Assembly: GCA_963666315.2 (NCBI GenBank)
Contig: CAXXHG010000032.1
Span: 96,001 to 160,000, forward strand
Source: Candidatus Binatia bacterium
Lineage (GTDB): Bacteria; Desulfobacterota; Binatia; Bin18
DNA: 64,000 nucleotides
Direction of reading: 5' to 3'
This document shows, piece after piece, positions 20,347-31,340 of the stretch. The position numbers and the translations under genes were made by a program. The notes under the pieces are model-generated. The model saw only the letters and a list, made by a program, of their open reading frames with translations, was not told where the DNA came from and searched no databases. Within the stretch, counting starts at the first letter, position 1. Each line of letters opens with the position of its first letter.

Positions 20347-21701
20347 TTATTCAGCCGCTTTCACACCAATGTTTTGTGCAACTGATAATTCGCTAGACGC
20401 GACCCCTCCGAGGTCAATCTCGTGCGCTGGATGCACCCACAACCAGGCGAGCGCGCCAAACAACGCCAAGGCAGCGGTCGCGTACAACGCGCCGTCCCAA
20501 CCAATATACTGGGCCAGATAGGGAGTCAGCGTAGGCGAAATCGCGCCACCCAGGTTGCCGCCCATATTCATAAAACCGGAGACCGTGCCCGCATACGGCT
20601 TGTCCAAGTCTATCGTCACTGCCCAATACGACGATGTGCTCAGGGAGAGAGCGCCTGCTCCGAGTGACAGCCATACGATGGCAAGATATGGATCTTCTGC
20701 CGCCGCCCAGCGTAGATAAACCCGGCGACGCACAGAAAACTGACACTCCCGATTCCGCAGCGTCCCAGCCGCTTGCCGAAACGGCGACTCAGATGATCAC
20801 TCAGCCAGCCACCTATGGGGGATGCGATCGCGCTGGCCAAAAACGGCGCTGTGGTATAGAAGCCGCCGTCCAACATGGAGAAGCCACGCACGTTGACGAG
20901 GTATAGATAAAACCACGAAAAATAGATGTAAAAGATGTAGCCCAGCACAAAATACGCGGCGGTCAGAAACCACAGATCCCGCCGCCCCAAGAGGACGCGC
21001 CACGGAACACGGGCTAAAAATGGACTCGGTGTTGGACCGGAACTGGCATCCTGGTTGATATATTGCAACTCTGCTTGATTGACCCAAGGATGTTCTTTTG
21101 GCTGATCAGCGGCAAACCAGTACCAGACCAGCGCGACCACAACGCCGGCCCCACCAGTCAGATAAAATGTGGCGCGCCGGCCCCAAGTCACCATAATCCA
21201 GACAATCAGCGGAGGCGTGAGTGCCGCACCGACAGAGCTGCCGCTGATCGCAATGCCGTGCGCTAGCGCCCGCTCGTGTGGAGCCACCCAATTGGCTATC
21301 ATCCGGTTTCCATTCGGCGGCGCAGCGGCCTCACCCAAGCCGATCAAAATCCGCACCACAGCGAACGACCCGACAACCCCCACCAGAGATGTCAAAAACA
21401 GGTCACCCGCGACAGCGGTTGCTGCGGTGAAGACCGACCACCACAAAATGGCCCAGGTCAACACCCGCCGAGGACCGAAACGATCGCCCAGCCAGCCACC
21501 GGGAATCTGGACCAGGGCATAACCCAGGACAAAGGCACTAAAAATCCAGCCGAACTGAACATCGCTCAGCCCGTACTCGGGCATGATGTATCTGGCCGCA
21601 ATCGAGATGTTCACTCGATCGATGAACATCAATACATACACGACAAAGAGCAGCCCAATCATCAGCCAGCGCGTACGTGTAGGGGCTTCATTACATAACA
21701 A
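20347..21701 (-). pseudogene. MFS transporter (ACS/glucarate-like), frameshifted near 20705
   Basis: DRVNIS, GWLGDRFGPRR, RILIGLGEAAAPP; ...FIYAG continues as AAAEDPYLAI...MNMGGNLGG in the adjacent frame. Confidence 0.82.
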
Positions 21702-21822
21702 CTATAAATTTCTCTGAAATTGCGCTGATAGACAGCATGCCAACTTCACAGCAAAACGCCGGGTCGAAACCCGGCGCCTTGTTCCAGCTGAAGCTGTTTG
21801 CCAACCGCGAACCACTGCTGTG

Positions 21823-23574
21823 CTATCCAGCCGCCATATCATAACTACGCAGCATCTTGCCCGGCAGGGCCCCGCTGCACACCCCGTTTTCGAAAGTAAT
21901 CTGACCATTGATAAGCAGATACTGATAGCCGTCGGCCTTTTGTACCCGCCGCCAGTCGCCGTCGGGCAGGTCATGAAGCGTCTCCATCGGTCGCACCGCC
22001 AGCTTTTCTAAGTCATACACCACAATGTCTGCCGGCATACCCTCGCGCAGCCAGCCTCGGTCACGGATGCCGATTGCCCAGCCGACCATCGTCGACAGTC
22101 GCCAGTGCGCCTCTTCCAGGGTCATGATCTGCTTGTCACGTACCCAGTGGGTCAGGAAGTGGGTCGGATAGCGACCCAAGGTCAGGAACTTGGTATGCGC
22201 GCCACCATCTGAAGCACCAACCAGGCACAGGGGGTGCCTGATGATGGCGCTCAGGGCTTCTTCATCGTTGTTGATGAAGCCCTGCATAGCGAACTCGGTC
22301 TTAAGATCCTCTTCCACTGAAAGATCGAGCAACGCGTCGATGGGGTGTTTGCCTTGTTCCTGGGCTATTTCTGCAACCGTCCGGCCTTTGAGATGTGCAT
22401 TCTTTTCCAGATGGACATCATCCACAAACGTCTCATCCCAGCGGAACATCCGTAGCTGACCCTGTTCACCGTCGGGACTCTCACCCGGCATGATGGTTGG
22501 GGCCTTTTCCATATCGGCCTTGAGCGCCGCCCGCCGGCCTGGGTCGGCTAGCTTCATTTTGCGCTCTTCCTGGGTGCCTACCGTAGCTTCGTTCCACGCC
22601 GGCAATTGGTCAAAAAGCCCCATGGTTTCCAACGTGAACTCAAACTCAATCGGCATGCAGATATTCACCGGCAGCACCGGCGCTTCTTTATTCGCCCGCT
22701 CCGTCCAGGCTAATTGCTCGCGCCAGGTGTTGGGCGAAGAAGGATCATAAATAATGGCATTCCAGTTCACCGGCCGGCCGCTCGTCTTGGCCAACTCCAA
22801 CAAGAAGTCCATACCCAACCCCTGCAAGGCATGCCCCATCGTCCACTCGATAGAGCCTCGGTTGAACTCGCGCATGACGGACGCCATTTCCAGAAACTCT
22901 TCACGCGGTGCCACATGGGTCGGCAAATAGCCGCCATCGTAGTCACGATTGGCCATACTAAAGCTGGCCGAAAAGCCAAAACCACCGGCCTGCAGGCCTT
23001 CTCGCAACAGATGCTTCAGCTCTGCGACCTGTTCCGGCGTCGTCTTGTAATCAGGATCCCGAGCCTCGTCATTGCCTAGTACCCAGGCACGCAGCGGAGA
23101 GTACGGCACGAGCGAAGCGGCATTAATGCCCAGCCCGCCACGCTCCAGACTGTCTAAATATTCAGGAAAGGTCACCCAGTCCCAACGCATGCCGGCTTGC
23201 ATACATGACAGCGGAATGGACTCGGTGCGCTCCATACGCCGCATGGCCCGGTCGCGATCTTCCGGGCGAACAGGTGCAAAACCAAATCCGCAGTTGCCTA
23301 TGGCTACGGTGGTCACCCCGTGCCAGCCCGAGAGGGTGGCATACGGGTCCCATGCAGTACCGCCGCTGAGAGCCGCATCGTAATGAGTATGGATGTCTAT
23401 AAACCCAGGCGCGACGATCAGCCCGGTCGCATCAATGACCCGTGCGGCACTGCCCTGGATATTCCCTATGGCCACGATCTTGCCGGTACGGATCGCAATA
23501 TCCCCCCGATAGCGGGGAATTCGCAATCCATCGATGATCGTACCATTCTTGATGAGTAGGTCGTACTCTGCCAT
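21823..23574 (-). CDS. N-acyl-D-amino-acid deacylase-like amidohydrolase (paralog of 16533..18275)
   Basis: APGFIDIHTHYD, GNCGFGFAP, SDGGAHTKF motifs. Confidence 0.88.
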   Translation of the reverse strand: MAEYDLLIKNGTIIDGLRIPRYRGDIAIRTGKIVAIGNIQGSAARVIDATGLIVAPGFIDIHTHYDAALSGGTAWDPYATLSGWHGVTTVAIGNCGFGFAPVRPEDRDRAMRRMERTESIPLSCMQAGMRWDWVTFPEYLDSLERGGLGINAASLVPYSPLRAWVLGNDEARDPDYKTTPEQVAELKHLLREGLQAGGFGFSASFSMANRDYDGGYLPTHVAPREEFLEMASVMREFNRGSIEWTMGHALQGLGMDFLLELAKTSGRPVNWNAIIYDPSSPNTWREQLAWTERANKEAPVLPVNICMPIEFEFTLETMGLFDQLPAWNEATVGTQEERKMKLADPGRRAALKADMEKAPTIMPGESPDGEQGQLRMFRWDETFVDDVHLEKNAHLKGRTVAEIAQEQGKHPIDALLDLSVEEDLKTEFAMQGFINNDEEALSAIIRHPLCLVGASDGGAHTKFLTLGRYPTHFLTHWVRDKQIMTLEEAHWRLSTMVGWAIGIRDRGWLREGMPADIVVYDLEKLAVRPMETLHDLPDGDWRRVQKADGYQYLLINGQITFENGVCSGALPGKMLRSYDMAAG

Positions 23575-23733
23575 CTTACCCCTCCTTTGACTCCGAGGAG
23601 CCAGTTATATGGTGCATATCATCCTTCCCCATAGCGACGCCGTTCATACCCAAGTTGGAACACCGAAACACGTCGCCGCGCAGTCCCATCCTGTAACGGA
23701 ACGCCGCTCGATTACAAGGGTTTCGAAGTATTT

Positions 23734-24153
23734 TTAGGAGGCGATCGCGTCCAGTCCGGCCTGGGCACAGGCTATGTCTTGTTCTACCGTCCCGCCACTC
23801 ACACCGATTGCTCCGACCACCGCATCCCCAATGCGAATAGGCAAACCGCCGCCAAAGGTCACAATACGCGGGATATGCGGCACCCCAGCCAGGAGCGCTG
23901 GGTCATCCTTTATAAAGTTAAAAAACTCGTGCGACGGCATACCAAAAAGTGCGGTATAGGCTTTGTTCTGGGACACCTCGATGCTGACTAACGGCGTACC
24001 ATCCATACGCCAAAACGCCTTGAGCAGTCCACTCTCGTCGAGCACGGCGGCAACTTGGGGTACACCCAGTTCCTTCGCTTTGGCGATAGCCGCCGCCACC
24101 ATCTTTTGTGCGAGTTCGTCGGTAACACTCTGTTTCTCAAATGTTTGCGCCAT
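23734..24153 (-). CDS. GlcG/HbpS heme-binding family protein
   Basis: AVLDESG.LKAF.RMDG, QNKAYTA, GGGLPI, GAIGVSGG; ATG 24153 after AAGGAG. Confidence 0.88.
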   Translation of the reverse strand: MAQTFEKQSVTDELAQKMVAAAIAKAKELGVPQVAAVLDESGLLKAFWRMDGTPLVSIEVSQNKAYTALFGMPSHEFFNFIKDDPALLAGVPHIPRIVTFGGGLPIRIGDAVVGAIGVSGGTVEQDIACAQAGLDAIAS

Positions 24154-24166
24154 GGTTCTCTCCTTT

Positions 24167-25072
24167 TTATAAATGCGTCTCAAACCATTCTTGAATATGT
24201 GGCAGACTCTGATCGAGTCCGGGTCTGGAGATAACATCGCTGTGCCCGAGTCCCGGCAGAATGACTATTTTCTTCGGCTTGCCCGCTTTCGCATACATAG
24301 ACTGGGATTCTTCCATAGATACCCGCTCGTCCGCGTCGCCATGCAACCACAGAATCGCACGGGGTGATATCTGATGCACGACGGACTCGGGTCGATAGGC
24401 AATCAACGCCTCACCCGAGGTCAACGTAATCTCCCGACTCCACTGCGGATACTGATCCAGAATCTCGGAAAACAGGGCAGTCGTACTCTCCGGCTCAGGC
24501 ACGATCTCATTGGCCTGGACATACTGCTCACGGCCAGTCAGCACACGCTCACGCCGGTTATCTGCTAAGCGCTGCAGCAAGGCCTTCCATTCCCAGAAAT
24601 GACACGCGTCACGAATCCAGCGCCCACAGTCGCCAATACCGCATACGCTCGCGGTGGCTTTGACGCGTTCCTCAACCCCGGCGGCATAGCTGACGTTGGC
24701 CCCACCCAGGCTGACGCCCAGTAATCCAATGCGTTCCGGATCGACCTGTGGCTGCTGCTGTGGAAACGTCACAGCATTGCGGATATCCTCGATCTGTCGC
24801 ATGGGAATAATCTGTCGTCGCGGCTCCCCACCACTCGCGCCAAGAAAGCGGTAGTCGAACGTCAGGACGACATACCCAGCCTGAGCCAAGCGCTGGGCAA
24901 TATCGGGCAATAGGACTTCTTTTACGGCGGTGAAACCGTGGCACATCACAACGCCCGGTTTCTTTGTCTCGGAGGCCGGATTATCGGGCAGGTTATCAGG
25001 TGGATTATCAGGCAAGAAAAAGACGCCTGCGAGAGGGACACTTTCACTATAGAACTGAACCGATCGTTCCAT
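24167..25072 (-). CDS. Alpha/beta fold hydrolase (Acr/acyl esterase-like)
   Basis: CHGF, FDYRFLGASGG, GVSLGG nucleophile elbow, HGDADE, GH. Confidence 0.85.
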   Translation of the reverse strand: MERSVQFYSESVPLAGVFFLPDNPPDNLPDNPASETKKPGVVMCHGFTAVKEVLLPDIAQRLAQAGYVVLTFDYRFLGASGGEPRRQIIPMRQIEDIRNAVTFPQQQPQVDPERIGLLGVSLGGANVSYAAGVEERVKATASVCGIGDCGRWIRDACHFWEWKALLQRLADNRRERVLTGREQYVQANEIVPEPESTTALFSEILDQYPQWSREITLTSGEALIAYRPESVVHQISPRAILWLHGDADERVSMEESQSMYAKAGKPKKIVILPGLGHSDVISRPGLDQSLPHIQEWFETHL

Positions 25073-25159
25073 ACTCCCACTCCCCCTTGACCCCTGTGTT
25101 TCTACCAGGCTGAGGGGGGTTCAGCTACAGCTCAGAAGCTGTTGAAAAAAAGGGAGCAG

Positions 25160-25348
25160 TCAACGTATGCCACGACTAGCGGCCCTGAAAATGACAACGC
25201 GCACGGTTTCATCGCAATCACACTCTTTGAGGACTTGCAGCAACTCCAGTCCGACCCGAATATTGATAGCATTCAGACGCTCAAGCCGATTGAGCGTAAT
25301 ACGACAAATGCCTTGGTCTTGTTGAACAAGTAGGTAGCGATAATCCAT
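25160..25348 (-). pseudogene. N-terminal remnant of an enoyl-CoA hydratase/isomerase
   Basis: GICRITLNRLERLNAIN...DETVRVVIF then ends; RBS GGAGAAGG upstream. Confidence 0.75.
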
Positions 25349-25587
25349 ACGCCTTCTCCATCTCTAGTGTCGTTCTTGTCGTGTTGTATCAAGATGAGGC
25401 TCGCTTGAAAAACGCCGGGCATCAACGGACAATACCGTCACGATGTACGTCAATCGAGATTTCCGAGATTTCCGAGACTTCCGTTATATGTTCTTCTGAT
25501 CGGCATGCCTGCTGCCTCGAACCATGACGGCAGCCTCAAACGACGCGACGACGGCTGCACACGCACAGAATGACTATCGGGATTCCT

Positions 25588-25799
25588 GTAGGGTGCAGCC
25601 TCTGCACCGTTCGGGTTGGTGCGCAGGGCGCACCCTACTGCTACGTCTACATTAAAACTGTGCGCTGTCTTGCCGTCGTTCTCCTTCGACAAGCTCAGGG
25701 CGAATGGGAAGAGTCCGTGAGGCACGGAATCGTTCGTGCTGAGCCCGTCGAAGCATGAACGCGCGGGGGTGCACTCTTTTAGGCTGGACGCCCTACTAC
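25588..25799. repeat. Inverted GTAG-REP doublet plus nested palindromic element, copy 2
   Basis: GTAGGGTGCAGCCTCTGCACC...GGTGCGCAGGGCGCACCCTAC (25588-25638), then CCTTCGACAAGCTCAGGGCGAATGG...CGTTCGTGCTGAGCCCGTCGAAGCATGAACG, ending CTACTAC. Confidence 0.8.
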
Positions 25800-25877
25800 C
25801 AAACACGGCTGGAGTAATTATCGCTAAGAAGCTGAGTTAGATACCCAACAGGACAGGCTCAAACTGATTCTTAGCGT

Positions 25878-26212
25878 TTATTTCGCAGGTAGTGACGAGG
25901 CACAGTCAGCCGCCTGCTTGACCCATTTCCGCAGGCTGCGGTCTGTTGTATAGCCAGCCAGTTCCACGATCACCATGCTTTTCAAGCGGCGACCTGTGAA
26001 GTCACACGATCGCACGTGTTGCTGCTTGAGGGCTTGTTCGCTCCGCTCCGGCCCAAGCCGGAGCACCAGGTCATCATTTTTGGTCACCCCACAGCACATA
26101 TTGCCCTGCATCATGAAGGTCAGGCCTCCGAGCATCCTTTTCTCAGTCAGTGATTCCCGTCTGGCTAGGACTTTTCGGATACGTCCAACCACAGTTTTTC
26201 GTCGTACGCCAT
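25878..26212 (-). pseudogene. TfoX N-terminal domain protein with 2-nt insertion after MAYDEKL
   Basis: GGAGGTGA RBS, ATG 26212 MAYDEKL, extra TG, then VGRIRKVL...EKRMLGGLTFM..GNMCCGV. Confidence 0.75.
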
Positions 26213-26247
26213 GAGTCACCTCCGATTCTCTTTTTGCGGCCGTAGCC

Positions 26248-26635
26248 TTACATCTGCGGCATTTTCGGAGACTTAGGGATATCCGGATTCATGACATCCC
26301 ACGGCGGGCCGGTACCAGCTCGGATCGTCCATGCTGCCTACTCTGACGGCCATGAGCTGTGGCATGCCCGAGTTTTTGGCAACCAAGGGCGAGCTGCACT
26401 CGGGACAGAAGCCGCGGCTGACAATATTCCCGCTGTGAGCCTTCACATCGTGATATTTTGGTTCACCATTTGTGAGGGTAAAGGCCTCTTGCGGCACCAA
26501 TATATTTGCGGCAAAGGCACTGCCGCTAACCTGTTGGCAGTCTCGGCAGTGACAATTCCCAGCCATAACCGGTTCGGCCTTGCATTCGTACCGGATAGCA
26601 CCGCACCGACACCCACCAGTAAAGGGAGTAGCCAT
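26248..26635 (-). pseudogene. GFA family (CENP-V-like) protein with small frameshifting deletion near the 3' end
   Basis: GGCRCGAIRY, CHCRDCQ, FCPECSS; native-looking tail PWDVMNPDIPKSPKMPQM* lies in another frame. Confidence 0.75.
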
Positions 26636-26712
26636 ATATCCGTTCTCCTTCTTGTGTTCTTGATACTATGTAGATGAACACGTTCGCCCGAAACCGACAC
26701 GGACAGGAGAAA

Positions 26713-27961
26713 TTATTTTGGACTAGCGATCTTTCTTTGTAGGGCGGCCTGCTCGCTCGGATTTTGTGTGAGCGACAGGGCCGTTGCATAGGCAGCGCAC
26801 GCGCGCGCGGCCTGATTGTCTTCGGCCAGCAACGCCCCAAGCGCTGCGTAAAAATGATGGTAGCGCTGGATTTCAGGCGAGTCTTCAATAGTGCGCAACA
26901 GTGCAATCCCGGCTGCGGCACCCTGCACCTGGGCCACGGCCACCGCCTGGTTCAATCGGACAACGGGTGACGGCTGACAGCATTCGAGGATATCACACAG
27001 CTCGGCAATCTGTGTCCAGTCAGTGTTTGCAGCCTGACGCGCTTCACAGTGCACGTCGGCAACAGCGGCCTGGACTTGATACGGGCCGGGCTGCTGCTGT
27101 CGCAGGGCTTTCTCAACGAGCGCACTACCTTCGACAATCAAGCTATGATCCCAGCGCGCGCTTCTGCTCATCCAAAGGAATAATGTGACCAGCTGTGTCT
27201 AAGCGTGCTCCAGAGCGTGAGCGTTGGAGGAGGAGCAGCGCCAGGAGGCCGGTCACCTCGGGCTCAGCTCGGAACAGACGAGAGAGCATGCGTGCCAAGC
27301 GAATCGCCTCAATACACAGGTCGGTGAGAATGAGCTCTGGGCTTCCCGAGGCGTTGTATCCTTCGTTAAAGAGCAGATACGTTACCGCGAGTACGGCATC
27401 CAAACGTTCCGACACTTGGGCTGCAGTCGGCACTTCATACGGAATCCGCGCGTCCCGGATTTTACGTTTGGCGCAGGTGATACGTTGCTCGATGGTTTTT
27501 GGTGGAACCAGAAATGCGCGCGCGATCTCTGGCCCAGTGAGGCCGGCAATGGTCTTTAACGTCAATGCAACCTGCACCTCTTGAGCCAAGGCGGGATGAC
27601 AACACGTAAAAATCAGCCGCAACAGGTCATCATCAAAATGCTGGCTTGCTTCTGCCTCGGCAACCGGCCTAGCAGTAACGCTCTCACCAGTCACATTGTT
27701 ACCAGCTTCTGCGCGGACTGTCGTACTATGCCGGACTTCCAGCGTGTATCGCCGCTGAAGATCAATGGCTTTATTCCGACCGGTCGTCACCAGCCAGGCA
27801 ACCGGATTGCCGGGGACGCCCTCACGCGACCATACTTCGAGCGCACGGGCTATGGCCTCCCGCAAAATATCCTCAGCCGCGTCGATGTCACTCAAGAGGC
27901 GAATGAGGGTGGCCAGCGCACGCGGGTACGCAGTCTTGAGACTGACTGCGAGTTCGTCCAC
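26713..27961 (-). pseudogene. ECF42-type RNA polymerase sigma factor with TPR tail, frameshifted near 27155
   Basis: AWLVTTGRNKAID, DDLLRLIFTCCHPAL, YLLFNEGY; next frame RWD..IVEG...GPYQVQAA, SPVVRLNQAVA. Confidence 0.85.
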
Positions 27962-27967
27962 TATGGG

Positions 27968-28333
27968 CTACCCCGCGGGCAGACTCTCATAATGGGCAAT
28001 GGGTCTGATCTCAATGCTACCCGTATCGACATTGGGAATCCCTTGCGCATACTCGATTGCCTCATCAAGATTCTTGCAATCGAACACATACAGACCGACC
28101 AAGTGTTCTTTTGTCTCAGCAAACGGACCATCGAGAATAGTCGTCTTGCCCGCCCTGCGTTTTACGGTGGTGGCCGTACCACTAGGGGTAAGTTCGTTGG
28201 CGAGCAGAAAGGTATTATTAGCCTTCGTCTTCTCCTGCAGGCTGCGGTGGCGGGTCAGGGCCTCCTTCAGATCAGCCTCAGACCAATTCTCCATCACTTC
28301 TTCAGCCTGATAAATGAGCAACGCGTATTGCAT
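27968..28333 (-). CDS. YciI/DGPF domain protein (ECF42 partner)
   Basis: DGPFAETKEHLVG, GSIEIRPI; immediately upstream of the sigma gene. Confidence 0.9.
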   Translation of the reverse strand: MQYALLIYQAEEVMENWSEADLKEALTRHRSLQEKTKANNTFLLANELTPSGTATTVKRRAGKTTILDGPFAETKEHLVGLYVFDCKNLDEAIEYAQGIPNVDTGSIEIRPIAHYESLPAG

Positions 28334-28552
28334 CGCAGCCCCTTTGCCTGTCGTTCCCGAGTCATTATCAAGTCACTATATAGACGAACCCGGACGACCA
28401 TTGCCGACACCCAGGAGAAATTAGGAGAAACCAGGAGGAAATAGTTCCTTAGGGTTTCTCCTTTTCCCTGCCTGTTTATCTCAGGGAGGGAAAGATTTCG
28501 ACAGATCTTGCGGGCCAGAGAGTTCGGAATTTCAGTGTGGCGGAGGTCCTTA

Positions 28553-30967
28553 TTAATACAACACCTTGTCATTCTTGAGCCGAACGATGTCCTCATCTTC
28601 ATAGCCAAGGATATCCCGCATCACCTCATCAGTGTGTTGTCCGAGCAGCGGTGCAGGTGAACGGACGCCGTTTGATGATTCGGTCAAAAGCCAGGGAATA
28701 CCCGCATGCATCCGCGCACCCACCTCCGGATGTTCGAGCCGGGCAAAAAATCCTCGCGCGTTGAGGTGCGCATCCTCGGCGAGATCCTTACTATTCATAG
28801 ATGGAAATGCCGCCACTCCAGCCGCCTGCAGGAGTTTCGTTACGTCCCATTTGGAATGGCGCAGCGTCCAATCTGTCACTATCTGATCAAGTGCATCCTC
28901 ATTGGCCTTTCGATCAGCAGCCGTTTGAAAACGCGCATCGTTGATCAGTTGCGGTTGGCCAAGGACTTCACACAAGGCGCGCCATTCTTCTTCAGTCCCA
29001 CACGCAATGGACACCCACTCATCCTCGCCTGCACACCGATAACAATTGTGGGGAGCCATAAGCGGATCACGGTTGCCCATCCGCTGTGGCTCGGTTCCAT
29101 TCATGGCATACTCCATCCAGCCTTCAGGCACGAGGGCGGCCATAGCGTCCCATAACGACACGTCGATGTATTGGCCCTTGCCCGTGCGGTTGCGTGCAGC
29201 CAAGGCTGCGCAAATAACGACTGCAGCATTGATCCCCCCATTGGGATCACCATATGAAATGCCGAGTTCCTCCGGTGGCCCGCCCGGATGTCCGGTCAAA
29301 GCAGAGACGCCGGTCAGCGGGGCTATGGCCGGACCATAACCCATATAGTTCTTCTGCGGACCCGAATGTCCGTAGCCCGAAATCGAGGCCACAATGATAT
29401 TCGGATTGAGCTGCGTCAACTCCTCATAGCTCAGGCCCAGGTTCTCCATTACCCCGGTGGCGAAATTGTCCATGACCACGTCACAGGTCTTAATCAGTTC
29501 CTTAGCCAGCTCCAGACCTTTTGAGGTCCCCAGGTTGAGTTGAAAGCTTTTTTTTCCCTGACTCCACTGGTTGAATACGCCCGAACGATTCGGGCCGTGC
29601 TTCATGCCGGTTGGGGGCAACCGCACCCGACGGGTCATATCGGTATGCACCTCGGATTCGATCTTGATCACCTCAGCCCCGAGATGGGCCAACTGCATAG
29701 AACCGTGCGGACCGGCCCAGACCCAAGTAAAGTCTGCGACCCGAATGCCTGCCAGAGGAAGACCGGCGTGAGGGGTGAGGGGTGAGCGGTTGGGGGTTGG
29801 AGCAGACGAGGGAGTATCATTCAGGACTTCGGCCAGGACCTCACTATTATGTTCACCGAGTAACGGCGCGGGGCGGCGGATCTGCCACCACGGTTCTTTG
29901 AGTTGATACGGAGGACCGAGGTAGGTCAGTTTTCCAGCGCGCGGATGCTCGACATCCACAAAAAAATTTCGCGCATGTAACTGGCCCTGCTTGGCCAACA
30001 GCGGCATGGACAACATAGGCGCAAAGCAGATGCGCTGTTCTTGCCCGGCTCGAAACAGATCTTCGACCTTCCAGCCGGACATCCACTCTTCGAGATACAT
30101 CTTGAGCACATCATGGTTCTTGGAGCGGTTATACATGTCCTGGAAGATCTCCCAACTCGCCCACTCCGGATTGTCCATGAGCTCGACCAAGCGCTGCCAC
30201 TGGTCCTCTTCCGCGGTGATCAAAAAAATCAGGCCATCTTGACACTGAAAGATGCCCCATGGATACAGCTGTCGTCGTCCCAGACGTGAGGCCACGCGGT
30301 CTAGATAGGTGTAGTAAACAAAGTTCTGTTCAAGGATGGAGGCAATATAGGATTGGACGGACAGGTCAATGTGCTCACCCTGGCCTGTTTCAAGCGTACG
30401 CTGATAGGCCGCCAGAGAGGTCATAGCACCGGCCAGGCCGCCCTGGAAATCACACTGTTGACCAAAGGTTTTGAGCGGCGGCAGATCAGGCTCGTTTGAC
30501 GCGCCGGGACCAAGCCAAGCCCACCCCCCGGCGTGGGCCATGGTCAGCTCATATGATTTGTAGTCTTTGTGCGGGCCGGTCAAACCGAATGGCGTGATTG
30601 AACACATCACGAGACGCGGATTGATTTGCCGGAACGCTGCATAGGCTATGCCACGGTGAGCCATAACTGAGGGAGAATAGTTATGGATAAGGATGTCAGT
30701 CTGGGCAATCAGGCTAGTGAGTTGATCTGCATCCTGACTGATATCCAAGGTGATACTGCGCTTATTCGTATTGAGAGCGAGAAAGAGCCCGCTCTTCTCA
30801 GGGTCACCCTGTCCGCCGGGAAACGGCCCCCGTTGGCGCGCCACGTCGCCTTGGGGTTCCTCGACCTTAATGACATCAGCCCCAAGGTCGGCCATGAGTT
30901 TCGTGGCATAGGCGGCTGACACCATGTGGCCTAATTCAAGAATCTTGACCCCTTCAAGTCCCTGCAT
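28553..30967 (-). CDS. Tandem (two-domain) family III CoA-transferase
   Basis: Two CaiB repeats (LGADVIKVE...PLLGEHN and LGAEVIKIE...PLLGQHT); real start ATG 30967 after AAGGAGG, the upstream ORF extension is REP sequence. Confidence 0.9.
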   Translation of the reverse strand: MQGLEGVKILELGHMVSAAYATKLMADLGADVIKVEEPQGDVARQRGPFPGGQGDPEKSGLFLALNTNKRSITLDISQDADQLTSLIAQTDILIHNYSPSVMAHRGIAYAAFRQINPRLVMCSITPFGLTGPHKDYKSYELTMAHAGGWAWLGPGASNEPDLPPLKTFGQQCDFQGGLAGAMTSLAAYQRTLETGQGEHIDLSVQSYIASILEQNFVYYTYLDRVASRLGRRQLYPWGIFQCQDGLIFLITAEEDQWQRLVELMDNPEWASWEIFQDMYNRSKNHDVLKMYLEEWMSGWKVEDLFRAGQEQRICFAPMLSMPLLAKQGQLHARNFFVDVEHPRAGKLTYLGPPYQLKEPWWQIRRPAPLLGEHNSEVLAEVLNDTPSSAPTPNRSPLTPHAGLPLAGIRVADFTWVWAGPHGSMQLAHLGAEVIKIESEVHTDMTRRVRLPPTGMKHGPNRSGVFNQWSQGKKSFQLNLGTSKGLELAKELIKTCDVVMDNFATGVMENLGLSYEELTQLNPNIIVASISGYGHSGPQKNYMGYGPAIAPLTGVSALTGHPGGPPEELGISYGDPNGGINAAVVICAALAARNRTGKGQYIDVSLWDAMAALVPEGWMEYAMNGTEPQRMGNRDPLMAPHNCYRCAGEDEWVSIACGTEEEWRALCEVLGQPQLINDARFQTAADRKANEDALDQIVTDWTLRHSKWDVTKLLQAAGVAAFPSMNSKDLAEDAHLNARGFFARLEHPEVGARMHAGIPWLLTESSNGVRSPAPLLGQHTDEVMRDILGYEDEDIVRLKNDKVLY

Positions 30968-31026
30968 AAGAGCACCCTCCTTTAGAAGCTGCGCGACTCT
31001 ATCAGCCACTCCCGGAAAAGTCAGCT

Positions 31027-31330
31027 GTAGGGGCGAGGTCACCTCGCCCGCACGTAGCGTCAGGGCTCCCCCGCAGCCATATCCATTCGATTTTTGTAGG
31101 CTGGGTCCAAAGACGTCTGAAGGACCCACCTTCATTCGGTGGGTTGCGCTACGCTTAGCCCACCCTACTGCCGTGTCCGAGTCGAAACTGTGCGTGGTGT
31201 TGTCGCCGTTCCCCTTCGACAAGCTCAGGGCGAACGGAAAAAGAGGAGGCAGACAAGGCCCGTTCGTGCTGAGCCCCGTCGAAGCATGAACGCGCCGTCA
31301 TGCACAACTTCAACGTAGACGCGGCTCTAC
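31027..31330. repeat. Cluster of GTAG-REPs plus nested palindromic element, copy 3
   Basis: GTAGGGGCGAGGTCACCTCGCCC (31027), inverted doublet 31096-31168 ending CACCCTAC, CCCTTCGACAAGCTCAGGGCGAACGG...CCGTTCGTGCTGAGCCCCGTCGAAGCATGAACG, ends CTCTAC. Confidence 0.8.
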
Positions 31331-31340
31331 GATTTGACTG

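Noticed and set aside
27581-28444. Long antisense ORFs (e.g. 27581..28444, 48836..49759, 58698..59351)
   Set aside because: Shadow frames of well-supported genes on the opposite strand, without recognisable motifs
30968-31222. N-terminal extension of the 889-aa CoA-transferase ORF
   Set aside because: It is translated REP sequence; a good RBS precedes ATG 30967
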